DNA of 64,000 nt, taken from contig CBDEGO010000003.1 in assembly GCA_965237995.1 (NCBI GenBank), positions 45,463-109,462 on the forward strand, in the 5' to 3' direction. The position numbers and the translations under genes were made by a program. The stretch is from Candidatus Poriferihabitaceae bacterium. Lineage in GTDB: Bacteria > Pseudomonadota > Gammaproteobacteria > Arenicellales > Poriferihabitantaceae. Below the pieces are notes generated by a model that saw only the letters and a program-made list of their open reading frames with translations, did no database searches and had not been told where the DNA came from. Each line of letters opens with the position of its first letter. Position 1 is the first letter of the stretch. Of this stretch, positions 1-9,268 are shown piece by piece.

Positions 1-10
1 CTAGAGTTTG

Positions 11-1009
11 CTACTGATTGAATAAGGCTTCAGTGTAGTCGAATAACTCTTGTGCGTTAAAATCACCCGCATACTTTTTAACCCATGCAGCACGTACTGC
101 GCTAGCAACATCATTTAACTCGGCAACTTGAGCGTCATCAAAAGTGACGGCGGTCAGACCCGCTTCTTTAACCGCCGCATCAAATTTGCCGATTGTATTG
201 TTGTCGTAGTTATCAATATAGTACTCCATCGCTTCATCGATTGAACCCATAAGGGCCGCGCGATGGGCCTCAGATAAGCCAGCTAAAGCATCGGTGTTTA
301 CAATAACAGGGCAATCGGCAGAACCCAAGTTTAAGTTTGTGGTGTACCACTTGCCAACAGTATAAGACTTGGTGGCTAAGTGTAGGTGCTGTGCACCGCC
401 GGGGCCGTCAATAACACCCGAATCCATTGATTGACGAACCTCTGAGAAGGGTACATTAGTTTTCACCGCGCCATAATTAGCTAGCACCGATAACATGCCG
501 CCTGGGCCACGTACGCGAAGCCCTTCAAAGTCTGAAAGTGACGCTGGTGCCTCACCCTTAGCGACGATGTTATATTGAGGTAGTGGTGTTGGCATCAAGA
601 TAGTGGCACTCCAACGGCCTAAATCTTCAACTACTGTAGGATGAGCATGCACTGCATCAAGTATTTCACGTACGCGGCTTAGCGATAAGTCTTTAAGGTA
701 GGGAAGTTCGTAGGCAGTAATCGTCGGGTTCTTACCCGGGTGGTAAAAGGAACAAGTTTGTGCCATTTCAAAAGCGCCAATGGATATCCCGTCCAAGTTT
801 TCTTTAGACTTTGACAGGCCACCGTAAGAAATATTAAGGGTGAAGTCACCGTTAGATTTCTCGGCAACTAGTTCAGCCAATTTTTCAACGTGCTCCGTGA
901 ATGCTCTGCGTTTACCCCACAACGAAACGTTCCACTCCAAAGCTATCGTTTCTGCGGAAAATGCAATGGTTATAGCAGCAAGCGTAAGTTTTACTAGTTT
1001 GTTTTTCAT
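11..1009 (-). CDS. TRAP transporter periplasmic substrate-binding protein (DctP family)
   Basis: The ORF track gives 11..1075. The likely true start is the internal MKNKLVKLTLAAITIAFSA signal peptide at nt 1009. The full-length sequence resembles DctP-type solute receptors (family recognised from memory). Confidence 0.75.
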   Translation of the reverse strand: MKNKLVKLTLAAITIAFSAETIALEWNVSLWGKRRAFTEHVEKLAELVAEKSNGDFTLNISYGGLSKSKENLDGISIGAFEMAQTCSFYHPGKNPTITAYELPYLKDLSLSRVREILDAVHAHPTVVEDLGRWSATILMPTPLPQYNIVAKGEAPASLSDFEGLRVRGPGGMLSVLANYGAVKTNVPFSEVRQSMDSGVIDGPGGAQHLHLATKSYTVGKWYTTNLNLGSADCPVIVNTDALAGLSEAHRAALMGSIDEAMEYYIDNYDNNTIGKFDAAVKEAGLTAVTFDDAQVAELNDVASAVRAAWVKKYAGDFNAQELFDYTEALFNQ

Positions 1010-1264
1010 GTTGTTCTCTCTCACTCGTTTAATAATATTGGTAGAAGTACATTGTACTTGAATATTAGATAACAATTTGTGCGTTAATTAAAGCTGCAGT
1101 CGCAAAATTATAGTAATCAGGTGAAACAATAATTTATTTGTTGCAATTGGGCGTATTCAGTGCGCCGAACTTTTTAACAGCAACTTCGCTGGAAGTATGT
1201 TTGCTTAAAATAGTTTATTATTGCAGTAATTTTTCATAAAAATGTACAGCAGAACTAAATAAAG

Positions 1265-2680
1265 ATGGATAAAAACTTTAGCAGTCGTAACACTACTCAG
1301 AAAGCATTACGCATTAATTTAGATGAAAAGAAATACGGCACTATTGCAGAAATTGGTGCTGGGCAGGAAGCGGCGCGCCAGTTTTTCTTGGCGGGTGCGG
1401 CCGCTGGCACAGTCGCCAAAACGATGTCAGCTTATGATATGCAGTTTTCTGATGCCATTTATGGCGTGCAAGAGGGCGGACGTTATGTAAGCAGTGAAAG
1501 AGTGAAGGCCATGCTCGAAAAAGAGTTTGGCCTTGTTGTAGGCCGAGTAGGGGATACTCGGCCCAAAGCGTCACGGTTTTTTGCCTATGCAGCCACTGTT
1601 TCAGCTAAAAGCTTTAATCGCGATAACGAATGCCATGCATGGTGTGGAATGCGCGTACAAATGTATCCGGGCGCCGAGCCGTCAGACGTAGTCGTGCATG
1701 CACGCATGCTAGACAATACAGCAGAGCAGCAGCAAGAAGCACTTGGTGTGCTTGGGGTCAATTTAATCTATGCGGCTTATTACTATTTCGAGAATCCCAA
1801 AGAGATCATCGACTCTTTAACCGACAGTTTAGAAAAAGGCCGTATCGAGATTGATTCAATTGAGTTTAAAGGGCCGTATTTTGAAGAAGTCGATAACCGA
1901 GCCATAAACCTACATCTAATTCGTAGCTGGAAAACGCGAGCTATTATGTTTAAGCCAGATGGTTCGATTGCTGTCCCCGCTGAGATGCTCTATAAGAAAA
2001 ACGTATTAACCATCCGAGGTTCGTTTAGGCCAGTTACCAAGCTCAATGTCGACATGATTGAGCAAGGCCTGAAATCATTTCGTAAGTTGAGCGGAGTGAA
2101 TAAAAATAATACCGTTGCGATTGCCGAAATCTCGTTGAACGATGTACGCGGTAATGACTTAATGGTACCAGAAGGCGATTTAATCTCCCGTGTACGCTTG
2201 TTGAATACGCTAGGTTATAGCGTAATGATTTCTGATTACACGCGCTATTTCTCGTTGCGCGCATACTTTCGTCAATATACCAAACTACAAATTGGCATTG
2301 TAGTGGGTATCATCAATATAAAGCAGATTTTTGATGAAGATAGTTATAAAGGAGTAGAAGGCGGCATTCTTGAGGGTTTTGGTAAGCTATTTCCTGATAA
2401 CACGCGTGTATTCGTTTATCCCGAGTTGCTGGAAGATGGTGAGATGTGCGATTACACTACGGTAAAAGTAAAAGACCACTTAAGACTGTTATACCGTCAT
2501 TTGTTGGAAAATGGCTTTATATTTGGTATCGCTTGTAGCGACAAAAATTTATTTAAAATTTATTCACGAGAGATACTGAAAAAAATGACTTCAGGCCCGG
2601 GAGACTGGCAAGAAAGCTTACCGGAAGGAGTTGCGGAAAGAATCATGCGCCACAAAATGTTTGGCTACAAAGAACCTTAA
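1265..2680 (+). CDS. conserved protein of unknown function (471 aa)
   Basis: Long uninterrupted ORF with an ATG start and an AT-rich upstream region. It has a conserved-looking N-terminus (YGTIAEIGAGQEAARQFFLAGAAAGTVAKTMSAYDM). I cannot assign a family. Confidence 0.7.
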   Translation: MDKNFSSRNTTQKALRINLDEKKYGTIAEIGAGQEAARQFFLAGAAAGTVAKTMSAYDMQFSDAIYGVQEGGRYVSSERVKAMLEKEFGLVVGRVGDTRPKASRFFAYAATVSAKSFNRDNECHAWCGMRVQMYPGAEPSDVVVHARMLDNTAEQQQEALGVLGVNLIYAAYYYFENPKEIIDSLTDSLEKGRIEIDSIEFKGPYFEEVDNRAINLHLIRSWKTRAIMFKPDGSIAVPAEMLYKKNVLTIRGSFRPVTKLNVDMIEQGLKSFRKLSGVNKNNTVAIAEISLNDVRGNDLMVPEGDLISRVRLLNTLGYSVMISDYTRYFSLRAYFRQYTKLQIGIVVGIINIKQIFDEDSYKGVEGGILEGFGKLFPDNTRVFVYPELLEDGEMCDYTTVKVKDHLRLLYRHLLENGFIFGIACSDKNLFKIYSREILKKMTSGPGDWQESLPEGVAERIMRHKMFGYKEP

Positions 2681-2725
2681 TTATTGAGTACGTAATCTCA
2701 GTGATTAGGTAAGCCTAGACGCTCT

Positions 2726-3811
2726 TTAGTCTAGCGGTACAGGGTTTTTGAAAATAACTTCTCGGTGAGGAAACGGAATATCTACGCCGTTTTCTTTAAA
2801 GCTATCCCAAAGCGCTAGCAGTACTCTGCCACGAATATTGGTAAGACCATTTTGTGGGTCAAGTATCCAAAAGCGTAATACAAAATTTAGTGAAGAATCT
2901 CCGAATTCTGTCATCCAACAAACGGGCGGTTTACCATTAGGCATGCGCTCAACAGAAGAGCATGCTTCAATGGCTAAGCGCGTTACTTGGTGCGGATCAC
3001 TGTCATAAGACACACCAAATGGCACGTCTAAGCGGATTAGCTTATCGGTAAATGACCAATTCACTACCTGTTGAGTAATGAAATCCTCATTGGGAATAAG
3101 GTATTCTTTGCCGTCACGAGTCACAACCGATACGAATCGGGCACGCAACTCTCTAATCCATCCGAAGGTGTCTCCCAGTGAAATGGTATCCCCCGGTTTT
3201 ATCGATTTATCCAGCAAAATAATAATCCCCGAGATAAAGTTGGATACCACTTTCTGCAATCCGAAGCCAATACCCACGCCAACCGCACCGGAAAATACGG
3301 TCAATGCAGTTAGATCAATGCCGACGCTAGATGCGGCCATCACCACAGCGATGATGTACAAAAATATCTTAACGATCTTGCCAATCAATACTTTTAGCGA
3401 AGGCGTTAGATCGTCAACTTTGTATATTTGTTTGTCGACAAAACTGCCCATGGTGCCTGCTATCCACAGCAGTCCAACGACTAGCAAGATACCTTGAATA
3501 AACTTAAGTAAAGATAAGCGAAAACCGCCAATGGTAAAGGCAAAAGAGTCTAATGCGGCGCCTGTATTTTGCAGTAGGCCTAACATCGCAAGCGCAACCA
3601 CAGCCCAACAGACCATGGCCACAGCACGAGACAATGTACGATTACGAATAATCTTAGAGAGAACCGAAATCCCCACCCATGCTAGAGCCAGCCGAGCAGC
3701 AACGCCAATGAAGTAGCTACGGCTCGGCCAGGTTAGCTGTTGCATTATGCTGTATATCAAGCACAACAACAGGAAGAATACGATCCATCGCGTTGATCTA
3801 AGCAGTGCCAC
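2726..3811 (-). CDS. mechanosensitive ion channel (MscS family)
   Basis: Multiple TM helices are followed by an MscS beta-domain signature (ISGIIILLDKSIKPGDTISLGDTFGWIRELRARFVSVVTRDGKEYLIPNEDF). The track start is GTG at 3811. The frame stays open upstream to about 4050 and encodes one more TM helix without a canonical start (see findings). Confidence 0.85.
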   Translation of the reverse strand: MALLRSTRWIVFFLLLCLIYSIMQQLTWPSRSYFIGVAARLALAWVGISVLSKIIRNRTLSRAVAMVCWAVVALAMLGLLQNTGAALDSFAFTIGGFRLSLLKFIQGILLVVGLLWIAGTMGSFVDKQIYKVDDLTPSLKVLIGKIVKIFLYIIAVVMAASSVGIDLTALTVFSGAVGVGIGFGLQKVVSNFISGIIILLDKSIKPGDTISLGDTFGWIRELRARFVSVVTRDGKEYLIPNEDFITQQVVNWSFTDKLIRLDVPFGVSYDSDPHQVTRLAIEACSSVERMPNGKPPVCWMTEFGDSSLNFVLRFWILDPQNGLTNIRGRVLLALWDSFKENGVDIPFPHREVIFKNPVPLD

Positions 3812-4253
3812 CGAAAAGCGTAATAGCTTGGGTTGACCTTTAATTAGCCTTACCTTTTTCTCGGCTAGCGGCTCGACTTTATAGGCAATTAATCTCGAAA
3901 TACCGTAAGCAGCAATGAGAATCAGTAGTTGATAGATAGACCAAGGCTGAAAAAACGTTGCCCAAGTATCTTGTGCCCAATTAATAATAGCTTGTGACGT
4001 GTTCAGAAAAAGCCCTCGGGTTTGGTGATCATATGCGCGTGATATTATTTTAAAGCTATTCTAACAAACTGACTCTATTTATAGTGGCTAGTTCGCGCGT
4101 TGATTGTTGAATAATCTGTCTCGATACTACTTATCCTATTGTTTTACAACTACAATTAGCACCCTATTTAGCAGAAGGGAACAGGTTGATTTAAGGCTTT
4201 CAGTTATATTGCCACTGTTTTTTGATAACTAACCCTACAAATAATAAAGTAAA

Positions 4254-5216
4254 ATGACCGAAGTGTTATCAGATGTTTTCTGTTTAGAGTGTGGCGCAGA
4301 AAATGCAGATCAAAAGAAGATTACAAAGTTAGAACGCATCCTGCATAAACTTAAGCTATCTAACTCAACCCGTTGTCACCTCTGCGGAGCGCTAACAAAA
4401 ACATATCAAACTAAGAGGGGTAGATCTCTGCTATTTATAGCTGGGCTGGGCTTATGTGTTTTAGGCTTGTTATTCTACTTGGTCAATCTACGGTCATCGG
4501 ATGATCAACTTAGTTCACAGAAGGTTGAACAGGCGTCAGTTGATAAGCGCAGTGCAACAAAACTTGAGTCACAACTAAAAGCGCAAAAAACAAGCACAAT
4601 AATCGCTGATCAAAAAGTCGCACTTGAAGTGACTAACGCCAAAATAGCAGAGCAGCTAGCGCAGATAGAACAATCAAAGAAGTTACAGCAAGAATTAACG
4701 CAAACCGTCAAAAGTCTAAGAGGGGAACTTGCACAAACAAGCGAAAAGCTATCTAACAGTCACGCTCGAATTGAGGCGCTTAAACAGCAAGAACAGATGA
4801 TAGACCAGAAAATTGGTCAAGCTATTGCCGGCGCCGATCAGGGTGTCTCTAAATTGTCGTTAGATACATCAACCGAAAGTAAGCCAAAGCCAAAGGAAAG
4901 TCTAAACGAACTAGCATCAGACACGCCGGAGGCTAATCCAGAAAGCTTTACGATTCAGTTAGCTAGTTTGGAAAGTTTTGCAGATGTGCAGCGTTTTATA
5001 GGGTCGCTAGAGCGATCAAGTGAAATGACTCAACCCTTTTATTATTACCTTTCAAAAAAGCAGACGAAGCCATGGTATCCAATATTGTATGGCACGTATG
5101 CAACACGGGAAGCAGCGGTTCAACAGATTGCTAAATTACCTAAGTCGTTGAGGGCACGTAAGCCATTGGCTCGACAAATAAAAGCAAATTCAGAACCGAT
5201 GATTCGGTATGAATGA
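4254..5216 (+). CDS. SPOR-domain protein with N-terminal zinc ribbon, TM helix and coiled coil (DamX-like architecture)
   Basis: CLECGA...CHLCGA zinc-ribbon motif, TM segment SLLFIAGLGLCVLGLLFYLV, Q/E/K-rich coiled coil, and a C-terminal SPOR-like region (FTIQLASLESFADVQRFI...YPILYGTYATREAAVQQIAKLP). Confidence 0.7.
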   Translation: MTEVLSDVFCLECGAENADQKKITKLERILHKLKLSNSTRCHLCGALTKTYQTKRGRSLLFIAGLGLCVLGLLFYLVNLRSSDDQLSSQKVEQASVDKRSATKLESQLKAQKTSTIIADQKVALEVTNAKIAEQLAQIEQSKKLQQELTQTVKSLRGELAQTSEKLSNSHARIEALKQQEQMIDQKIGQAIAGADQGVSKLSLDTSTESKPKPKESLNELASDTPEANPESFTIQLASLESFADVQRFIGSLERSSEMTQPFYYYLSKKQTKPWYPILYGTYATREAAVQQIAKLPKSLRARKPLARQIKANSEPMIRYE

Positions 5217-5222
5217 TTAACG

Positions 5223-5240
5223 GCCTTCTTAAAGGAAGGC
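5223..5240. terminator. bidirectional hairpin between convergent genes
   Basis: GCCTTC-ttaaag-GAAGGC sits in the 45-nt gap between the SPOR gene (+) and the aminotransferase gene (-). Confidence 0.4.
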
Positions 5241-5261
5241 TATAGTTGATAAAATTTGCGT

Positions 5262-6578
5262 TTACTGGTGCTCCAAACTGGCTTCAACGGCTGCAATTTT
5301 TACGCAAAGAGCAAGAACCTCCGTGGCCACTTTAATTTCATCTACCGTTGGAAATGATGGGGCAATGCGAATGTTTCTATCTAATGGGTCTTTGCCATAA
5401 GGGAAGGGTGCACCTGCTCCGGTAAGTTTGACCCCTAGCTCTTTACTAAGTGAGACTGCGCGTTTCGCAGAGCCTATATTCATATCTAAACTGGTAAAGT
5501 AGCCGCCGTTTGGTCGACTCCAATGTGCTACTTCCGCAGAGCCAAGTTGATCAGAAAGCACGGATTCAACTTGGTCAAACTTAGGTTTTAGAATGGCGGC
5601 GTGCCCCTTCATATGAGTTCGCAAGGTGTCTAGATTGTTAAATAATTTAATGTGACGTAATTGATTTAGTTTATCTGGCCCAATCGATTGCGCGCTAATC
5701 TTCGATTTAGCAAATGCAATGTTATTGGGGCTGGATGCAAAGCACGACACGCCCGAGCCAGCAAAGCTCATTTTGGAGGTAGATGCAAACACATATGGGC
5801 GGTCATCGTTGCCCGCATTACGGCACGCTTCGATGATGTCTGTTAATGAATCTAATGAACCATTAATGTGGTGTTCGGCGTAGGCGTTGTCCCACATAAT
5901 GGTGAAGTCATGGGCTACGCATGGCATTTTAGCAAGACGTTTAACCGTTTCATCGCTGTAGGTAATTCCAGTTGGATTACTATATTTAGGGACACACCAG
6001 ATACCTTTTATAGTTGAATCGTTTGCGACTAAATGTTCAACCTGTTCCATATTCGGGCCTTGGTCGGTCATTTCAACCGAAATTAATTCAAAACCAAGGG
6101 TTTCGGTGATTGTGAAGTGTCGATCGTATCCAGGGCTTGGACATAAAAATTGTTTGGTTTCACTCTGCCAGGGGGTGGACTTGCTTGTTTTTCCGAATAA
6201 ACATAGGCGTGCAAGTGCATCAAACATTAAGGTTAGGCTGGAGTTGCCACCTACGATAATGTTGGCAGGGTCTGTGTCTAGGATGCGCGCGAACAAGTCC
6301 TTCATTTCTGGTAACCCATCCAGTCCGCCGTAGTTACGGCAGTCAGTACCTTGTGCGGTGATATATTCTTGGTTGCTTAATAATTCGTTTGCTAAATCTA
6401 GTTGCTCTGGACTAGGTTTGCCCCTAGTCATATCTAAATCTAGTGACTGAGTTTTGATTGAATTAAACTGTTCATTTAACGTTTGTAGCACTGCTTGACG
6501 TTGTTCTACCGCCATTTCTTTGATGGGCTGCATAAGCTCGACTTTTTGAAATAAAAATTGCGATGCGGATTCTAACAA
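5262..6578 (-). CDS. PLP-dependent aminotransferase (class I/II fold)
   Basis: 438-aa ORF with an aminotransferase-like core and a candidate PLP-lysine region (FASTSKMSFAGSGV). Confidence 0.75.
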   Translation of the reverse strand: MLESASQFLFQKVELMQPIKEMAVEQRQAVLQTLNEQFNSIKTQSLDLDMTRGKPSPEQLDLANELLSNQEYITAQGTDCRNYGGLDGLPEMKDLFARILDTDPANIIVGGNSSLTLMFDALARLCLFGKTSKSTPWQSETKQFLCPSPGYDRHFTITETLGFELISVEMTDQGPNMEQVEHLVANDSTIKGIWCVPKYSNPTGITYSDETVKRLAKMPCVAHDFTIMWDNAYAEHHINGSLDSLTDIIEACRNAGNDDRPYVFASTSKMSFAGSGVSCFASSPNNIAFAKSKISAQSIGPDKLNQLRHIKLFNNLDTLRTHMKGHAAILKPKFDQVESVLSDQLGSAEVAHWSRPNGGYFTSLDMNIGSAKRAVSLSKELGVKLTGAGAPFPYGKDPLDRNIRIAPSFPTVDEIKVATEVLALCVKIAAVEASLEHQ

Positions 6579-6658
6579 TCCTGAGCAGGGCTGTTTATAT
6601 TTTCTCAGGAAGATTTATCGTTAACCCCGCTTCTTAGCCTCTAATTAAGGTTAGAGCA

Positions 6659-7432
6659 TTACTCATCAATAAGTTGAAGAGCGTGATGGGTGTTCGACCA
6701 TAAGGCATTTGCGATTTCTTCCTCGCTTTCTTTGCGCAGCGAACAGACTACGTCAAATACATCCAGTAACGCACACGGCGTATTGGGTTGGCCACTTAAG
6801 CGCTGAACCGGTTGATCAGGTGCATCAGTTTCGATGCAAAGCGCCTCTAGCGGCAGATCACTCACTAGTTTACGCAGCTTAGTGGCGCGCGAATAGGTGA
6901 TTGCGCCACCAAACCCTAACTTAATATTTAAATCTAGAAATTGGTACGCTTGTTGTAGGCTTCCATTATAACTGTGGGCAATTCCTCCGATCGGGGTAGT
7001 GTTACGGCAATGCATCAATATAGCGTCAACCGCCTTGCGGACATGTAAGATAACAGGGAGGCTATGCTGCTGTGCCAATTGTAATTGCGACTCGAAAAAT
7101 AATAATTGCTTAGCTTTGTCTAAATATTCCAAAAAAAAGTCTAGTCCAATTTCACCCACTGCTGCTGGCTTATCGGTGGAGTTGAGGCGCTTTTCTAATG
7201 CAATTAGATCACTCTCAGTATGTTGTTGAATCCAATACGGATGCAATCCGTAAGTGGGAATAACGTCTTTATGTTCAAGGTGTAGGCGGTTTATGTCTGT
7301 CCAGCTTGCGCTTGTTGTAGCAGGAACGACGAACCTTCGAACGCCGAGATTGCGTGCTTGTATCAGCAAGTTCTCTCGATTTGCTGTTAGCGCGGCAAAA
7401 TCTAGATGGATGTGCGAGTCGATGAATTGCAT
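6659..7432 (-). CDS. TatD-family metal-dependent hydrolase (YjjV-like)
   Basis: N-terminal FIDSHIHLDF metal-binding motif, 257 aa, and conserved His/Asp positions (GIAHSY, ETDAPD). Confidence 0.85.
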   Translation of the reverse strand: MQFIDSHIHLDFAALTANRENLLIQARNLGVRRFVVPATTSASWTDINRLHLEHKDVIPTYGLHPYWIQQHTESDLIALEKRLNSTDKPAAVGEIGLDFFLEYLDKAKQLLFFESQLQLAQQHSLPVILHVRKAVDAILMHCRNTTPIGGIAHSYNGSLQQAYQFLDLNIKLGFGGAITYSRATKLRKLVSDLPLEALCIETDAPDQPVQRLSGQPNTPCALLDVFDVVCSLRKESEEEIANALWSNTHHALQLIDE

Positions 7433-7657
7433 AACGAGATTAATTTTCGAATAGTGCGCTTTGTATAGTTACAACGGAAAAATTCTGGCGTAGCGGTTCA
7501 GTTAGACTTCATAGTAAAACCGTATTCAGTATTCATAAATGCCAATAACTCATTGAATATTAATATAATAAACTAAAAATTTCTAACTTGTTGGGTTAGG
7601 TTTCTATTAAGTGCAAAATTTGGCTATAAATCACTTAAATCAGTTAAAATCTCGCTT

Positions 7658-8446
7658 ATGAATCAAGCTACGATGACAAGGTTAATTAATTGGTGTGGTT
7701 TAGCTATTGCGGTAGTTTTACTGGCTTTAGTTAGTTTGCACATCTATAAAAAGCACTTTTTGCTGAGTGATCAATCAACTGAATATCTGTTTAACGATTT
7801 ACCAACGCAAGCAACTGAAGCTGTTAAAGGTAATATCCCCGCTATTGTACAGGCCCATATAATGGGTGAAGTGCCCGTCGTCGCCCAAACTGAAGAGACG
7901 AAAGAAGTTGTCAAGGTAGCCCCTCCACCCCCACCTCCGCCGAAGACAAAGCTAAATATTGTACTGACGGGCATTATTGATGGAGCTACACCCGAAACCG
8001 GGTTTGCGATGATAGAAATACAAAGAGGTAAAACCGCGGTGATTGGGGTCGGCGAAGAAATTGGCAAAACGGGCGCTGTTTTACATCAAGTATTGCCTGG
8101 CGAAGTGTTGGTCGACCGAGATGGCACGATTGAGTCCGTAAAAATGAAGCGTAATACTTTGGAATTAGCTATGCAACTTCCGGATGAAAGCCTGATTGAT
8201 TTAATGGATGAAAGCATGCTGCCACTACCTTCTGCTGAGTTGCAATTGCCCTATGCTGAGCTACCAGCACCTTCTGCTGGCATAACTAACTCTGTTAACC
8301 AAAATGATGTTAGCGTTAACCTAAATCAGGAATTAACCAATGAAGAGCGCCAAGCTATTAGGGCACGTGCACTGAATGAAGCTGCACAAAAAAGGCCTGG
8401 GGTGATGAGTGAGCTACCCACCCCTAAAAGACTGCTCACACTGTAG
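7658..8446 (+). CDS. GspC-like protein (type II secretion protein C HR-domain type, no PDZ)
   Basis: N-terminal TM helix, a PPPPPPP linker, then LNIVLTGIIDGATPETGFAMIEIQRGKTAVIGVGEEIGKTGAVLHQVLPGEVLVDRDGTIESVKM, which resembles the GspC/PulC homology region. Confidence 0.5.
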   Translation: MNQATMTRLINWCGLAIAVVLLALVSLHIYKKHFLLSDQSTEYLFNDLPTQATEAVKGNIPAIVQAHIMGEVPVVAQTEETKEVVKVAPPPPPPPKTKLNIVLTGIIDGATPETGFAMIEIQRGKTAVIGVGEEIGKTGAVLHQVLPGEVLVDRDGTIESVKMKRNTLELAMQLPDESLIDLMDESMLPLPSAELQLPYAELPAPSAGITNSVNQNDVSVNLNQELTNEERQAIRARALNEAAQKRPGVMSELPTPKRLLTL

Positions 8447-8501
8447 GCGCCATCAGCAGCTATTAAGTTTACAGGTTTACAATAGACTCCACCATTATAC
8501 A

Positions 8502-8522
8502 AACAAGCTGCTAGAGCTTGTT
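8502..8522 (+). terminator. putative rho-independent terminator after the GspC-like gene
   Basis: AACAAGC-tgctaga-GCTTGTT followed by a C/T-rich tail. Confidence 0.35.
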
Positions 8523-8587
8523 CTTCTACACGATTGAGTCGTTCAATGTGTTTATTGTTAGTTGTAAAAAAATAATCTCTAACGAAT

Positions 8588-9214
8588 ATGTTAAAAAAAA
8601 CTCTCCTCGCTGCACTGCTTTTAAGCTTCAATTCGTTTAACGTCCAAGCGCAAGAAGGCGAACGTCTATTGAATCGGTTCTTGAATCAAGTTACTACCTA
8701 TACAGCTGAGTTTGACCAAGTGGTTTTAGATGAAGAACTACGTCAGATTGAAGAAGCGTCAGGGACGTTATCTATTTTGCGGCCTGGAAAATTCAGATGG
8801 GATTATGACCCACCCTTAGAGCAGCAAATAGTTGGCGACGGAACCAAGGTGTGGATATACGACTTAGAGTTGAAACAAGTGATTGTAAGAGACCAACAGC
8901 AGGCGTTGGGCCAATCACCCGCAATATTGCTGTCGGGTGATTCTGATATTTCAGACAGCTATACCTTACAAGAGGTTGGTCTTCAAGGTCAGTTTCAGTG
9001 GGTCAACATCCAGCCGCGTTCGCAAGAAACCAGCTTCGAAGAAATTAGAATTGGTTTTTTAAACGAACAAATGAGCATCATGGAATTAATTGATAATTTA
9101 GGTCAAACCACGCGCATCAATTTTCGTAATGCAACTGAAAATCTATCGCTACCCGGTGATCAATTTGAGTTTATTGCAGAGCCTGGTGTAGACGTTATAG
9201 ACGAGACACAATAA
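8588..9214 (+). CDS. lolA: outer-membrane lipoprotein carrier protein LolA
   Basis: Signal peptide, 208 aa, LRPGKFRWDY motif, and position immediately upstream of rarA. Confidence 0.85.
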   Translation: MLKKTLLAALLLSFNSFNVQAQEGERLLNRFLNQVTTYTAEFDQVVLDEELRQIEEASGTLSILRPGKFRWDYDPPLEQQIVGDGTKVWIYDLELKQVIVRDQQQALGQSPAILLSGDSDISDSYTLQEVGLQGQFQWVNIQPRSQETSFEEIRIGFLNEQMSIMELIDNLGQTTRINFRNATENLSLPGDQFEFIAEPGVDVIDETQ

Positions 9215-9268
9215 GGGTGAACGGCCGCGTGACGAACTAATCACAGCTATTAGCATCGCGTAGACTCA

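Noticed and set aside
7920-7945. C-rich run cctccacccccacctccgccg as a possible slippage or phase-variation tract.
   Set aside because: It simply encodes the PPPPPPP linker of the GspC-like protein and is not a perfect homopolymer or short tandem repeat.
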